Shown: piece by piece, positions 52,377 to 61,124 of the stretch
Layout of the letters: each line of letters begins with the position of its first letter
Numbering within the stretch: the stretch's first letter is position 1
DNA from: a virus
Reading direction: 5' to 3' (one strand)
DNA: 64,000 bases
IMG/VR virus record: IMGVR_UViG_3300008267_012518
Program-made: the position numbers and the translations under genes
Notes under the pieces: generated by a model
Told to the model about the DNA's origin: nothing
What the model saw: the letters and a program-made list of their open reading frames with translations, nothing else
Database searches by the model: none

Positions 52377-52769
52377 TTATTTATTTTGAAATTTTATCAC
52401 ATTATCTAAATAACCTTGGATATTCATTTTGCCAACAGGATTTTGTGAATGGACTACATAGTCAGGTAATTTTTTATTATTATCGATACAAAAATTACCC
52501 AACCATTTAGCACAATCATATCCAGTTTTTTCCATTGGGATAGCATCTAGAATCCTAGAGAAGTCCATAATATAATGTTCATCAGCTAAGTCGTGATCGA
52601 ATGAAATGAAATCTGGTAATCCATTTTCAGAAATCCAATTAATAAACTCATTATAAGTCCTTACGATAATCCAATCGTTTTCCCAATAAAATTTATTTAA
52701 GTGTGAGGGGACCAGACCATTCGCACAATCTTTTGGATTTCTTATATCGTCCAAGAATAACTTTTTCAT
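52377..52769 (-). CDS. Cyclic-phosphate-processing receiver-like domain protein
   Basis: LFLDDIR, ISFDHDL, TGYDCAKW, VHSQNPVG. Confidence 0.7.
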   Translation of the reverse strand: MKKLFLDDIRNPKDCANGLVPSHLNKFYWENDWIIVRTYNEFINWISENGLPDFISFDHDLADEHYIMDFSRILDAIPMEKTGYDCAKWLGNFCIDNNKKLPDYVVHSQNPVGKMNIQGYLDNVIKFQNK

Positions 52770-52773
52770 TCTA

Positions 52774-52781
52774 CAAAGATA
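52774..52781 (-). promoter_or_regulatory. Bacteroidota-type -7 element
   Basis: TATCTTTG-TAGA-ATG. Confidence 0.7.
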
Positions 52782-52792
52782 ATTAAAAATTA

Positions 52793-54016
52793 TTAATTAA
52801 ACAAATCATCTGCTGATAGATCTTCTCTGAATTCATCATCAGAATTACCCATCAGATCATTGAGGTCCTTTTCAACTTCTTCAATTTCATCTAAAGATTT
52901 ATATCTGAAGTAATCATTGACTATTGGTTCCATCTTCTTAAGAACCTCAGGTGTGAATACTTCCGGTGTGAATAGATTTTTCGTTGTTACGGATTTATCT
53001 AAGTGACTGATGTACCAACGAATACCGCCGGGATTAAAAGTCATTTCACCAGTTTTTTTATCTACTTCAACCTTACCTTGTGCGATGCCGATTTGGTTGA
53101 AATATTCTGGTCTACAAAAAGCATCAAGACCTGTGTATGGATTCATACCATGATTGAATGAAATATCAAATCTGATTTTCTTTGGTTTAGCGAGACGATT
53201 TTTTGCGGTTTTAAATAGTACTGTAATACCTGACTGTCCTAGATCCATATCATCTTCTTCACCAGTTTTTAGTTTTGACTTTGACATCATACCAATTACT
53301 GAAGCAGAGTAAACAAGGGATCTACCACCTTTGAGTACCTCTTGTGGAAACATATCTTGTGTCAGATAGGTATGATTACAAACAATCATAGGGATATCCA
53401 AAAATCCAAGGTCAGTATTGATTGAACGGAATAGTGAACCAATAGCTTTAGCTTTAGTCATATCTTGTTTGATATCGCCTTTTAACAAATCAGCTTTTTC
53501 TTTATTAGAAGCCATCTGTCCAATTGAATCCAAAACAATCATAAGTGGTTGGATTTCATTCCCTTTGAGTTTCTCTTCTTTTAGAGAATCAAGTAATTGT
53601 GTAAGTGTGATATTTATATCTTCTACTTTATTTGATCTCACTAGAATGAATTTCTGTGGGTCTGAATCAATTCCATATTTTGAAATCTCATCCAATTCAA
53701 CTGAATACTCAGTATCAATGTAAACAACACCATAACCTTCTTTTTGAGCATTTTTAGCTACAGAGTAAGCCAAAAATGATTTACCAGTTCCGGATTCACC
53801 TGCAAAACACGTAATTCGGTTTGTTTGTACTCCACCTCCTAAAAGTCTTGAGGAAAGTGCTGCATCAAGTAGATACACACCTGTTGAAATGAATTTTTTT
53901 TCTTTCACTTTATCATCGATGATGATGGGCACAGTCTTAGCAATACTAGACATAAGTGCACCTACTTTACTGAATTCAAACTTTTTAGAGCCATTATCTT
54001 TCTTTTCTTTTGCCAT
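52793..54016 (-). CDS. uvsX: RecA/UvsX-like recombinase
   Basis: GESGTGKS, YIDTE, VLDSIG, IVCNHTY, GGRSLVYSAS, KNR. Confidence 0.9.
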   Translation of the reverse strand: MAKEKKDNGSKKFEFSKVGALMSSIAKTVPIIIDDKVKEKKFISTGVYLLDAALSSRLLGGGVQTNRITCFAGESGTGKSFLAYSVAKNAQKEGYGVVYIDTEYSVELDEISKYGIDSDPQKFILVRSNKVEDINITLTQLLDSLKEEKLKGNEIQPLMIVLDSIGQMASNKEKADLLKGDIKQDMTKAKAIGSLFRSINTDLGFLDIPMIVCNHTYLTQDMFPQEVLKGGRSLVYSASVIGMMSKSKLKTGEEDDMDLGQSGITVLFKTAKNRLAKPKKIRFDISFNHGMNPYTGLDAFCRPEYFNQIGIAQGKVEVDKKTGEMTFNPGGIRWYISHLDKSVTTKNLFTPEVFTPEVLKKMEPIVNDYFRYKSLDEIEEVEKDLNDLMGNSDDEFREDLSADDLFN

Positions 54017-54070
54017 ATAAATAAAAATTAATTTAATATTTATATCAAAATCAAAAGTAAAAGATTTAAA

Positions 54071-54445
54071 TTATTGACCGATTCTAAATGAATTTGTTTG
54101 ACTTGTTCCCCCTATTTTATTTGTTCTTGTAATACCATCGCCACCAGGTACTTTATAAGTCATGTAGTCTATTTCACCACCAATCAATTCGGGATTTCTT
54201 TTGAAATATTTGATAGCTTTATTTCTTAATTCTTCACCATATGCGTCCATGTCATCCGAAGATAAGTCTTTTGGGAATTTTTGACCTATTTTTTTAGCCA
54301 AATCTTCATATCTACCTTTAGTGCATAAACCATCGACATAATCTTGGATTTTAAGATCTAGCACTGGATTGAAATCTGGTATCACTTCCCCACCATCGTC
54401 CACACCAGTTTGGTGAAACATTTCAAATTTTTTAATAAATTTCAT
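54071..54445 (-). CDS. Hypothetical protein (possible internal head protein)
   Basis: Starts MKFIKKFEMF; TAATATATA upstream. Confidence 0.6.
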   Translation of the reverse strand: MKFIKKFEMFHQTGVDDGGEVIPDFNPVLDLKIQDYVDGLCTKGRYEDLAKKIGQKFPKDLSSDDMDAYGEELRNKAIKYFKRNPELIGGEIDYMTYKVPGGDGITRTNKIGGTSQTNSFRIGQ

Positions 54446-54463
54446 ATTAATTATATATTAAAC

Positions 54464-54494
54464 TTTGTTTTTGTAAAAGGTAGTATTACCTTTG
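54464..54494 (+). promoter_or_regulatory. Complete Bacteroidota sigma70-type promoter
   Basis: TTTG (54464), 19-nt spacer, TACCTTTG (54487), then TACT-ATG. Confidence 0.75.
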
Positions 54495-54498
54495 TACT

Positions 54499-55101
54499 AT
54501 GAACATATGGTTTACATCAGATACGCACTTCGGACACACCAACATTGCTGGTCCAAGTATATCTGTTTGGAAAGATGGATTTAGAAACTTCAATTCTGTT
54601 CAAGAAATGAACGATGCTCTTATCCACAATATAAATAAGATAGTTGGTGAAGATGATATCCTTTACCACCTTGGTGATTGGAGCTTTGGTGGAGTTCATA
54701 ATATCTACTATTTTAGGAAATCACTTATCTGTAAAAATATTCACCTAATTCTTGGTAACCACGACCAACATATCACAAATAAAGAAATCAAATTTCTTGA
54801 TAGTTCATTCAACCCAATAGATTTGTTTAGTTCTGTTCAAGATGTTTTCACGGGAAAGATAGGTAAAAACTATTTTCACCTCTCACATTATTCCCACCAA
54901 GTTTGGCCAGGAAGTCATAAAAATTTTATACACCTATTTGGACATAGCCACGGAAGTCTAAAAGGTCTTGGTAAGTCTATGGATGTTGGCGTTGATACTC
55001 ACCCAGAATTCAGACCTTATCATATAAATGAAATTATCAAAATTATGGATAAGATACCTGTAAAATTTATTGATCACCACGATGAAAGCACAAATGTTTG
55101 A
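54499..55101 (+). CDS. Calcineurin-like metallophosphoesterase
   Basis: SDTHFGH, HLGD, GNHD, HLFGHSHG, DVGVD. Confidence 0.9.
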   Translation: MNIWFTSDTHFGHTNIAGPSISVWKDGFRNFNSVQEMNDALIHNINKIVGEDDILYHLGDWSFGGVHNIYYFRKSLICKNIHLILGNHDQHITNKEIKFLDSSFNPIDLFSSVQDVFTGKIGKNYFHLSHYSHQVWPGSHKNFIHLFGHSHGSLKGLGKSMDVGVDTHPEFRPYHINEIIKIMDKIPVKFIDHHDESTNV

Positions 55102-55161
55102 AAATAAGCCAACTTTTATAAACTGATAAATATAACTGAAATTCAAAATAACTTAAATTAT

Positions 55162-55632
55162 ATGGCAAAAATACCTATGACCCGAGAAGGGTTTCAAAAA
55201 TTAGAGCAAGAATTAAAGGATATGCGTGGTCCACAGTTGAGGGAACATATCCAAAATTTGGCAGAAGCAAAAGATAAAGGTGACCTTTCAGAAAATGCTG
55301 AATATGATGTCGCTAAAACAGCTATTGATGATTTAAATAGAAAAATCAATAAACTTTCACAGAAGTTAGCAGATGCTGAAATTATTGAAGGTATTATCGA
55401 TGATGGTACAGTTCAACTACTTACTTGGGTTAAATTCAAAAATACTAAGAGTGGGGTTACGATCGAATATCGAATTGTGCCAGAAAATGAAATTGATATT
55501 AAATCTGGTAAAATCTCGCACCTAAGTCCTATTGGAAGTGCTCTAATGGGTAATCGAGTTGGAGATAAAGTAATTGCAGAAGTACCTATTGGTAAAATGG
55601 AACTTGAGATTTTGGAAATCAGAGTTAAGTAA
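55162..55632 (+). CDS. greA: Transcription elongation factor GreA
   Basis: GDLSENAEY acidic tip, ISHLSPIGSALMG. Confidence 0.95.
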   Translation: MAKIPMTREGFQKLEQELKDMRGPQLREHIQNLAEAKDKGDLSENAEYDVAKTAIDDLNRKINKLSQKLADAEIIEGIIDDGTVQLLTWVKFKNTKSGVTIEYRIVPENEIDIKSGKISHLSPIGSALMGNRVGDKVIAEVPIGKMELEILEIRVK

Positions 55633-55904
55633 TGATTGGTCTTTACAAGGGTCATGTATTTCAAGGATCTAATAAGATGTGGCAAGAGTATAGAATTGTT
55701 CATCTTGGTAAGTGGGATGGGAGTGATGAAGTTTTTTTTACAACCTACCACCACGAATTTCCAAATGAGAGATTACAAATCTATCTTCATAAATACAAAC
55801 CTTTGTCAAGAACATTCAAAGCTAATATTGACCAGTATATGAAAAAAGATCCTTATTTTATTGAATTAAACAGAGAAGAAAAATTAAACGATTTACTATC
55901 ATGA
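55632..55904 (+). CDS. Hypothetical protein with C-terminal REEK helix
   Basis: Ends NREEKLNDLLS. Confidence 0.65.
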   Translation: MIGLYKGHVFQGSNKMWQEYRIVHLGKWDGSDEVFFTTYHHEFPNERLQIYLHKYKPLSRTFKANIDQYMKKDPYFIELNREEKLNDLLS

Positions 55905-56278
55905 TAAAAATAGAAGTTGACTGTATAGACGAAAAAATTGAACTCCTTGATAGGATTAAAATCCTACATAAGAAAATGAAAAAATCCCTAAATAAAGATG
56001 GGGATAAAATGTTTGATGAAGATGAACTTATAGATTTCCCATTCTATATTGATCCCTTTCATATTAAAGTAACAACAGAAGAATCTATTCAAAAAATGAT
56101 TAATAAGTTAATTGATGAATATTGGGAAAATGTTGACTTCGATCTTGGATATGAAAATGAAAAGTATTATGTTTGTCATAAGAAATCAAAACACGTAGTT
56201 GAACTGGACAAGGGTAGTACCTGGGACGACTATAGGGATGAAAGAATTAAATTGAAGAACTTTTTTGAAAGTATTTGA
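55901..56278 (+). CDS. Hypothetical acidic protein
   Basis: 125 aa; 4-nt overlap. Confidence 0.65.
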   Translation: MIKIEVDCIDEKIELLDRIKILHKKMKKSLNKDGDKMFDEDELIDFPFYIDPFHIKVTTEESIQKMINKLIDEYWENVDFDLGYENEKYYVCHKKSKHVVELDKGSTWDDYRDERIKLKNFFESI

Positions 56279-56293
56279 TATAAGAAAACTAAT

Positions 56294-56369
56294 GGTTCCG
56301 TAGCTCAGCCCGGATAGCAGCAACTCACTTCTAATGAGTAGGTCATAGGTTCGAATCCTATCGGAACTA
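56294..56369 (+). tRNA. tRNA-Arg(UCU), CCA not encoded
   Basis: GGTTCCG/CGGAACT acceptor, ACTCA-CTTCTAA-TGAGT anticodon arm, ATAGG-TTCGAAT-CCTAT T arm. Confidence 0.92.
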
Positions 56370-56370
56370 C

Positions 56371-56402
56371 AAAGGAACTCTAAATGAGTTCCTTTTTCTT
56401 TT
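56371..56402 (+). terminator. Intrinsic terminator after tRNA-Arg
   Basis: AAAGGAACTC-TAAAT-GAGTTCCTTT then TTCTTTT. Confidence 0.8.
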
Positions 56403-56535
56403 CATTTATTTAATCCATAAATCTTGGGATTTTTGGTATGATTATCAAAATGATTTACATAGAATAAGAGAAGAAAAGATAAATGAGATATTTGGTATAG
56501 GTAAGGAAACTTTAAAAGATATTTGGCCAGAGTAA
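56401..56535 (+). pseudogene. Start-less coding remnant carrying the REEK motif
   Basis: Frame reads FIYLIHKSWDFWYDYQNDLHRIREEKINEIFGIGKETLKDIWPE*; no in-frame ATG between the tRNA and the stop. Confidence 0.45.
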
Positions 56536-56557
56536 AACTTTATATTACCTTTGTATT

Positions 56558-56722
56558 ATGAATTCTGAACAATACCTCAACTATCTACAAGAATCTCAAC
56601 ATATTGCACTTGAGTCCTATAATTACATAGGTGAAATGTATAATTCTTACATGACTAGTCAACTCTATGACGAATATCTTCAACTTCAGAGGGATGAAAA
56701 GATTGATGAAATACTAAACTAA
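56558..56722 (+). CDS. 54-aa protein with C-terminal RDEK helix; not in ORF track
   Basis: TACCTTTG-TATT-ATG; MNSEQYL...LQLQRDEKIDEILN*; stop abuts tRNA-Cys. Confidence 0.7.
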   Translation: MNSEQYLNYLQESQHIALESYNYIGEMYNSYMTSQLYDEYLQLQRDEKIDEILN

Positions 56723-56793
56723 GGTCCGTTGTCAGAGCGGTTATGTCGAGGACTGCAAATCCTTTTAGCCTGGTTCGACTCCAGGACGGACCT
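56723..56793 (+). tRNA. tRNA-Cys(GCA), CCA not encoded
   Basis: GGTCCGT/ACGGACC acceptor, U73, GAGGA-CTGCAAA-TCCTT, CCTGG-TTCGACT-CCAGG. Confidence 0.92.
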
Positions 56794-56794
56794 C

Positions 56795-57904
56795 TTAATT
56801 TAATCTATCTACTGCAAACTGCAGATTTCCTCTAACCCTATCATAATAATGATGTGGTATTTTATTCTCTGTAAGTAATTGTTCACACGCTTTTTTGGAT
56901 TCCTCGAAATAACCTGAGTAATAAGATATGATTGAAAATTCGTCGAGTATACCGTAATCATAAATCCAATCTTCGGAAAATAAACTATTTGATGGTTTAG
57001 TGATATTCAGAGCTTGTTTTCCGAAAATATATCCCATTTGATGTAGACCATGTATCCTACAATAATGTAATAAATGATAAAGACACTCTGCTCTATTCGG
57101 GCAAGATTCGTGCCCCTTCAAATAATTAAAAATGATCTTTTCTGGTGGGTAATTCAACTCATTCATCAAATTTCCTACGTTAACATAACTTATAAAAACT
57201 TCTTCATTCCAAAAACCCATTTCACCGCGCTTCAAATAGAATTCTAAAGATTCCTCACGTCTTTGAAGATCTCTTAGTGATTGTGCAAGATAAAATGTAT
57301 ATCTCGATTTGAACCACAAATCCTCTGTTTCATCTATGGCTTGTTTCAAAAGTATAACATCTTGTTCGAATTTATTACCACTCCTATTTCTATTGCTGTC
57401 TTGTATTGGTTGATTGTAAAAACCGTTAGCAGTTTTTCTTGTCTCAACTTCACCTGTTAGAAACTCATGAATAACACCCTCATACCGATAATTTTTTTTA
57501 TTAGAACTAATTTGTGGTCTCACATAGGTTATACCACCCATTTTTGTGGTGATATCATATAAATCAACATCCATAGTATTTTTAAATTCTGATACATCAA
57601 AATCCTCATCAAATATTAAAATTTCGTCAGCATCAATCATCAAAGCATAGTCTACATTTTGATGATCTCTCAATTTTTCCAATGCTAAACTTCTGTTGTG
57701 TGCAAAATTTTTCCAAGGTTCTGAATATACAAATCCAGGTATTTGATTTTTGGTTAGCCAGTTATTTATAACTTCGGTTGTTTCATCTGTAGAACCAGTG
57801 TCTTGAATTATTACTGCGTCTATCAATGGCTTCACTGAATTCAAACATCGTTCCATGACGTGTGATTCATTTTTTACAATCATGCATAAAGCTATTGTTT
57901 TCAT
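56795..57904 (-). CDS. GT2 glycosyltransferase with C-terminal TPRs
   Basis: LCMIVKNE, DTGSTD, MIDADE, YEGVIHE; FYLAQSLRD and AECLYHL TPR-like helices. Confidence 0.88.
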   Translation of the reverse strand: MKTIALCMIVKNESHVMERCLNSVKPLIDAVIIQDTGSTDETTEVINNWLTKNQIPGFVYSEPWKNFAHNRSLALEKLRDHQNVDYALMIDADEILIFDEDFDVSEFKNTMDVDLYDITTKMGGITYVRPQISSNKKNYRYEGVIHEFLTGEVETRKTANGFYNQPIQDSNRNRSGNKFEQDVILLKQAIDETEDLWFKSRYTFYLAQSLRDLQRREESLEFYLKRGEMGFWNEEVFISYVNVGNLMNELNYPPEKIIFNYLKGHESCPNRAECLYHLLHYCRIHGLHQMGYIFGKQALNITKPSNSLFSEDWIYDYGILDEFSIISYYSGYFEESKKACEQLLTENKIPHHYYDRVRGNLQFAVDRLN

Positions 57905-57929
57905 TCAGATATTTTTTTATATTTGTAGT

Positions 57930-58556
57930 ATGATTAAATATCAAAGTTTCCAATATATTTATCCACCTAGACCCAAAAACCCCATACCTTCTACTGATTT
58001 GAATATTTGGGATAATGGTATGATGTTGGCTCAACCTAAAATCAATGGATCAAATTGTACCATCTATACAAATGGTAAAGATATTTATGTTTATAATCGT
58101 CATGGACAAAGACTTACTGGTTTTGATATTCCCAAAGAAGAAATATTGAATTTATATCGCGGTAACGGGTGGTGGGTTTTGAATGGTGAGTATACAAATA
58201 AATCTAAACAAAATGAAAATGGAAGTGTTTTTTCACACAAATTCTGTTTGTTTGATATTCTTGTTAAAAATGGTGAGTATTTAATTGGTACAACATTTCA
58301 ACAAAGAGTGGATATGATGTTAGAACTTTATGGTAGTCCCAAAGATTACATTAGTCAAATAACTGAAAATACTTTCGTTATCAAATCTTTCTATAATGAT
58401 TTCACCACAATATTCAATGACTTATCAAAAATTGATATGATTGAGGGTTTAGTTCTAAAAAGAAAGTCAGCTAAACTTGAAACTGGGACGAGTGAAAACA
58501 ATAATTCAAAAAGTCAGATCAAATCTAGGAAAGCTACAAAAAATTATAAGTATTAA
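57930..58556 (+). CDS. Minimal ATP-dependent polynucleotide ligase (RNA-ligase-like)
   Basis: QPKINGSN (I), LNGEY (III), LFDIL (IIIa), EGLVLK (IV); no OB domain; TATATTTG-TAGT-ATG at 57918. Confidence 0.75.
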   Translation: MIKYQSFQYIYPPRPKNPIPSTDLNIWDNGMMLAQPKINGSNCTIYTNGKDIYVYNRHGQRLTGFDIPKEEILNLYRGNGWWVLNGEYTNKSKQNENGSVFSHKFCLFDILVKNGEYLIGTTFQQRVDMMLELYGSPKDYISQITENTFVIKSFYNDFTTIFNDLSKIDMIEGLVLKRKSAKLETGTSENNNSKSQIKSRKATKNYKY

Positions 58557-59128
58557 TTGAATTTAGCTCTGGTTTCCCAAAAATCAAATGGTATGATTTT
58601 ATCAAGTATTTCATCAGAAAATCCATAAAATTTATATACGTTATCCCCAAGATCTTCAAGGAATATATCCAAAACCTCTGGTTGTCCTGGAGTCAAAAAG
58701 AAAACTCTTTCTTCCCTATCATAATACATAAATAGTGGATAGGTTTCATCAAGATAAGTCACATCTAAATCTAAAACCACATAGTCTTGTTGAAAATGTT
58801 TCGACCTGACTAGGACTGTGAACGGTCCTTTCATAAAATTTTTATTCAGATCCATGTCACTAAAGAAATAGTCTGTATCATCTTGTTTGGTTGATAATTT
58901 ATCTAAGTCCAAGGCAAAATAATCATCGATGTCTACTAATTCTTCGTATAATAGTATTTTACTTTCGTCGATTTTAAAATCTTTTATCTTACCCTTTGAA
59001 GATAAAAATTTCAATATATCTAATACTTTGTCTAACTCTATACCAGTTTCTTGTGATATAAATTCCGGGTCTTGAGAAGTATCCATCCACAGAGAATGTA
59101 TTGTGTCTATTTCGTCATTCTTAAACAT
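58553..59128 (-). CDS. Hypothetical acidic protein
   Basis: 191 aa; AATATATA upstream. Confidence 0.65.
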   Translation of the reverse strand: MFKNDEIDTIHSLWMDTSQDPEFISQETGIELDKVLDILKFLSSKGKIKDFKIDESKILLYEELVDIDDYFALDLDKLSTKQDDTDYFFSDMDLNKNFMKGPFTVLVRSKHFQQDYVVLDLDVTYLDETYPLFMYYDREERVFFLTPGQPEVLDIFLEDLGDNVYKFYGFSDEILDKIIPFDFWETRAKFN

Positions 59129-59186
59129 AGATTATATATTATTTTCAGCAGACTAAAAATAATATATAAATAAATCGGAGTAAAAA

Positions 59187-59747
59187 ATGGAAAAGTTTTC
59201 TAAGATAAAACCAAAAGAAAAATTACAAAAAGAAGAAGTCTTATTTAAGGGAGATGATTTCAAGGTCGTTCAGTTTGAAGAGTGGCCTATTATTGAAAAA
59301 AGAGATTTTGTGATTTGTATTCCGTATTTATTAGAAGAAAATAAATTTATAATACGTGAAGAATATATCCCATCATATAAATATAAGGAGGGCCAACAAA
59401 TGCATTTAGCTTGTGTTGGGGGTCGTATCGAAAAGGGTGAAACACCAGAAGAGGCTTTAATAAGAGAATTGCAAGAAGAAGCTGGTATTGTTTTAAGAGA
59501 CGATATCAAAATTGAATTTGACAAACCCCTTTTTGTTGGCAAAGACTCAACTCAGAAATTCTACCCTTGTGTTCTACCCTTAATGTCAAAAGACTATGAT
59601 GAAATCACAATCCATGGTGATGGTAGTTTACTTGAGAAAATGAGTAATACCGCAAAAGTCGATAAAAGATATGTTCAATCTATGATACCATCAGATGTTG
59701 TAACTGAGTTTATGATGATGAAACTCAAGTCTTTCCTAAACCTGTAA
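59187..59747 (+). CDS. Nudix hydrolase
   Basis: GGRIEKGETPEEALIRELQEEAG Nudix box. Confidence 0.93.
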   Translation: MEKFSKIKPKEKLQKEEVLFKGDDFKVVQFEEWPIIEKRDFVICIPYLLEENKFIIREEYIPSYKYKEGQQMHLACVGGRIEKGETPEEALIRELQEEAGIVLRDDIKIEFDKPLFVGKDSTQKFYPCVLPLMSKDYDEITIHGDGSLLEKMSNTAKVDKRYVQSMIPSDVVTEFMMMKLKSFLNL

Positions 59748-61110
59748 TTGGTTCTCTACCCTTTTTTTCAATACCATTGATTGCCATTGACTTAACGTCG
59801 TTATTAAATTGATTATGGTCCGCATCTTCCATATAATCTATATGAACTCGCAATCTATTATCATCAAGGTAATTATTTGAAATGTATTCGTGAATGATAT
59901 ATCCCATCCACTCATCTTCACCTTCATATCTTTCTAACCAATCTATATTAAATTTCATAGTCAAATAAGGCGTTCCATCTTTCCATTCAGTTTTGGTGAC
60001 TTTGGTTTGTAGTTGTTCTTTTATAACATCTTCAAGTGATGACACAATTTCATCTTGGAGTATATCAACTGTTGCACTTACTCCCATATCAGTCCACATA
60101 GACCTGATATCGCTAATATAATCGGAGTCAATCTCATCTAATAGTTTTCCAATATTGACTAATCCCACTTTTTGAACTCTTTCTATTAGTTGTTCTTTTG
60201 TGGTAATACCAACACCTTTTAGTGTTTCATATTCATCCTCATCTACCTCTTTAATTTGTTCAAAATCATCAACTAATAAATCAACTAATAATTTTACTGT
60301 ATCTACATTAAGATGGTATTGGAATAATGTCTCTACGCTTACTTGATCTGAATAATCCCAATATCTTTCCCAGAGAGCATCAAAACCATTTTTATCTGTT
60401 AGTATGTTATAATACTCATCTTTATGAGAAATTAACCACTCAGCGTATTTTTCTGCAGGATAAGTTAAATAAGCTTGTTCTTTATCATCATAAGTTATAT
60501 CCACTTTATCGTCCAAATTATGATATTCGATAATCATTTTATCTGTGAGGTAAACTGGCTTGTACCAAATCAGATTAATGTTCAATTCTGAAATTGTCAT
60601 GATATCATCTGGTTCTAATTCATAATCAAGACCACCTTTTATTGTAATGTCCTTTAGATTTAAAGAACCTTCATCATCATAAAATTCTATATTTTTGAAT
60701 TTAGGTTTAACCCTTTTCACAAATGAAGTAAGCACATAAGTTAAATCCTCATCAGATACTTGGTTTGGTTCAGATCCCCTTGATATTTTTGGGAAAATTT
60801 CCACCCTTATACAAGGTGTCAATTCCCTTTTGTTTCCTGGAACTGCCAAATTTTTAGGACCTTCATCTTTATTTGACTCATCTATGAATGAATAGAATAT
60901 GTTGATATCATATCCACCTTCTTCTAACTCGAATAATAAATCCTCAATTTCTTCTAAGGATATTGGCCAAAATTTTTGATCACTTTCTGGTCCACCTCCC
61001 ACTCTCCTTCCATATTTCAATTCTGGTCGTTCCCATCTAGTACCAGTGAAAAGGTCTAGTTGTTTTTCTTGTAACAAAAAAGTTTTCCAATCTTTGAGAT
61101 GATTTGACAT
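59725..61110 (-). CDS. Hypothetical highly acidic protein (possible internal head protein)
   Basis: 461 aa; starts MSNHLKDWKTFLLQE. Confidence 0.6.
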   Translation of the reverse strand: MSNHLKDWKTFLLQEKQLDLFTGTRWERPELKYGRRVGGGPESDQKFWPISLEEIEDLLFELEEGGYDINIFYSFIDESNKDEGPKNLAVPGNKRELTPCIRVEIFPKISRGSEPNQVSDEDLTYVLTSFVKRVKPKFKNIEFYDDEGSLNLKDITIKGGLDYELEPDDIMTISELNINLIWYKPVYLTDKMIIEYHNLDDKVDITYDDKEQAYLTYPAEKYAEWLISHKDEYYNILTDKNGFDALWERYWDYSDQVSVETLFQYHLNVDTVKLLVDLLVDDFEQIKEVDEDEYETLKGVGITTKEQLIERVQKVGLVNIGKLLDEIDSDYISDIRSMWTDMGVSATVDILQDEIVSSLEDVIKEQLQTKVTKTEWKDGTPYLTMKFNIDWLERYEGEDEWMGYIIHEYISNNYLDDNRLRVHIDYMEDADHNQFNNDVKSMAINGIEKKGREPITGLGKT

Positions 61111-61124
61111 AGAAGAATTTTTTT

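Noticed and set aside
53418-55754. Antisense ORFs 53418..53723 and 55413..55754 and similar 60-120 aa track ORFs
   Set aside because: Lie opposite or within well-supported genes; compositions typical of shadow frames
13220-56385. Two terminators share the loop TAAAT
   Set aside because: Only two cases of an A/T 5-mer in an AT-rich genome; other hairpins differ
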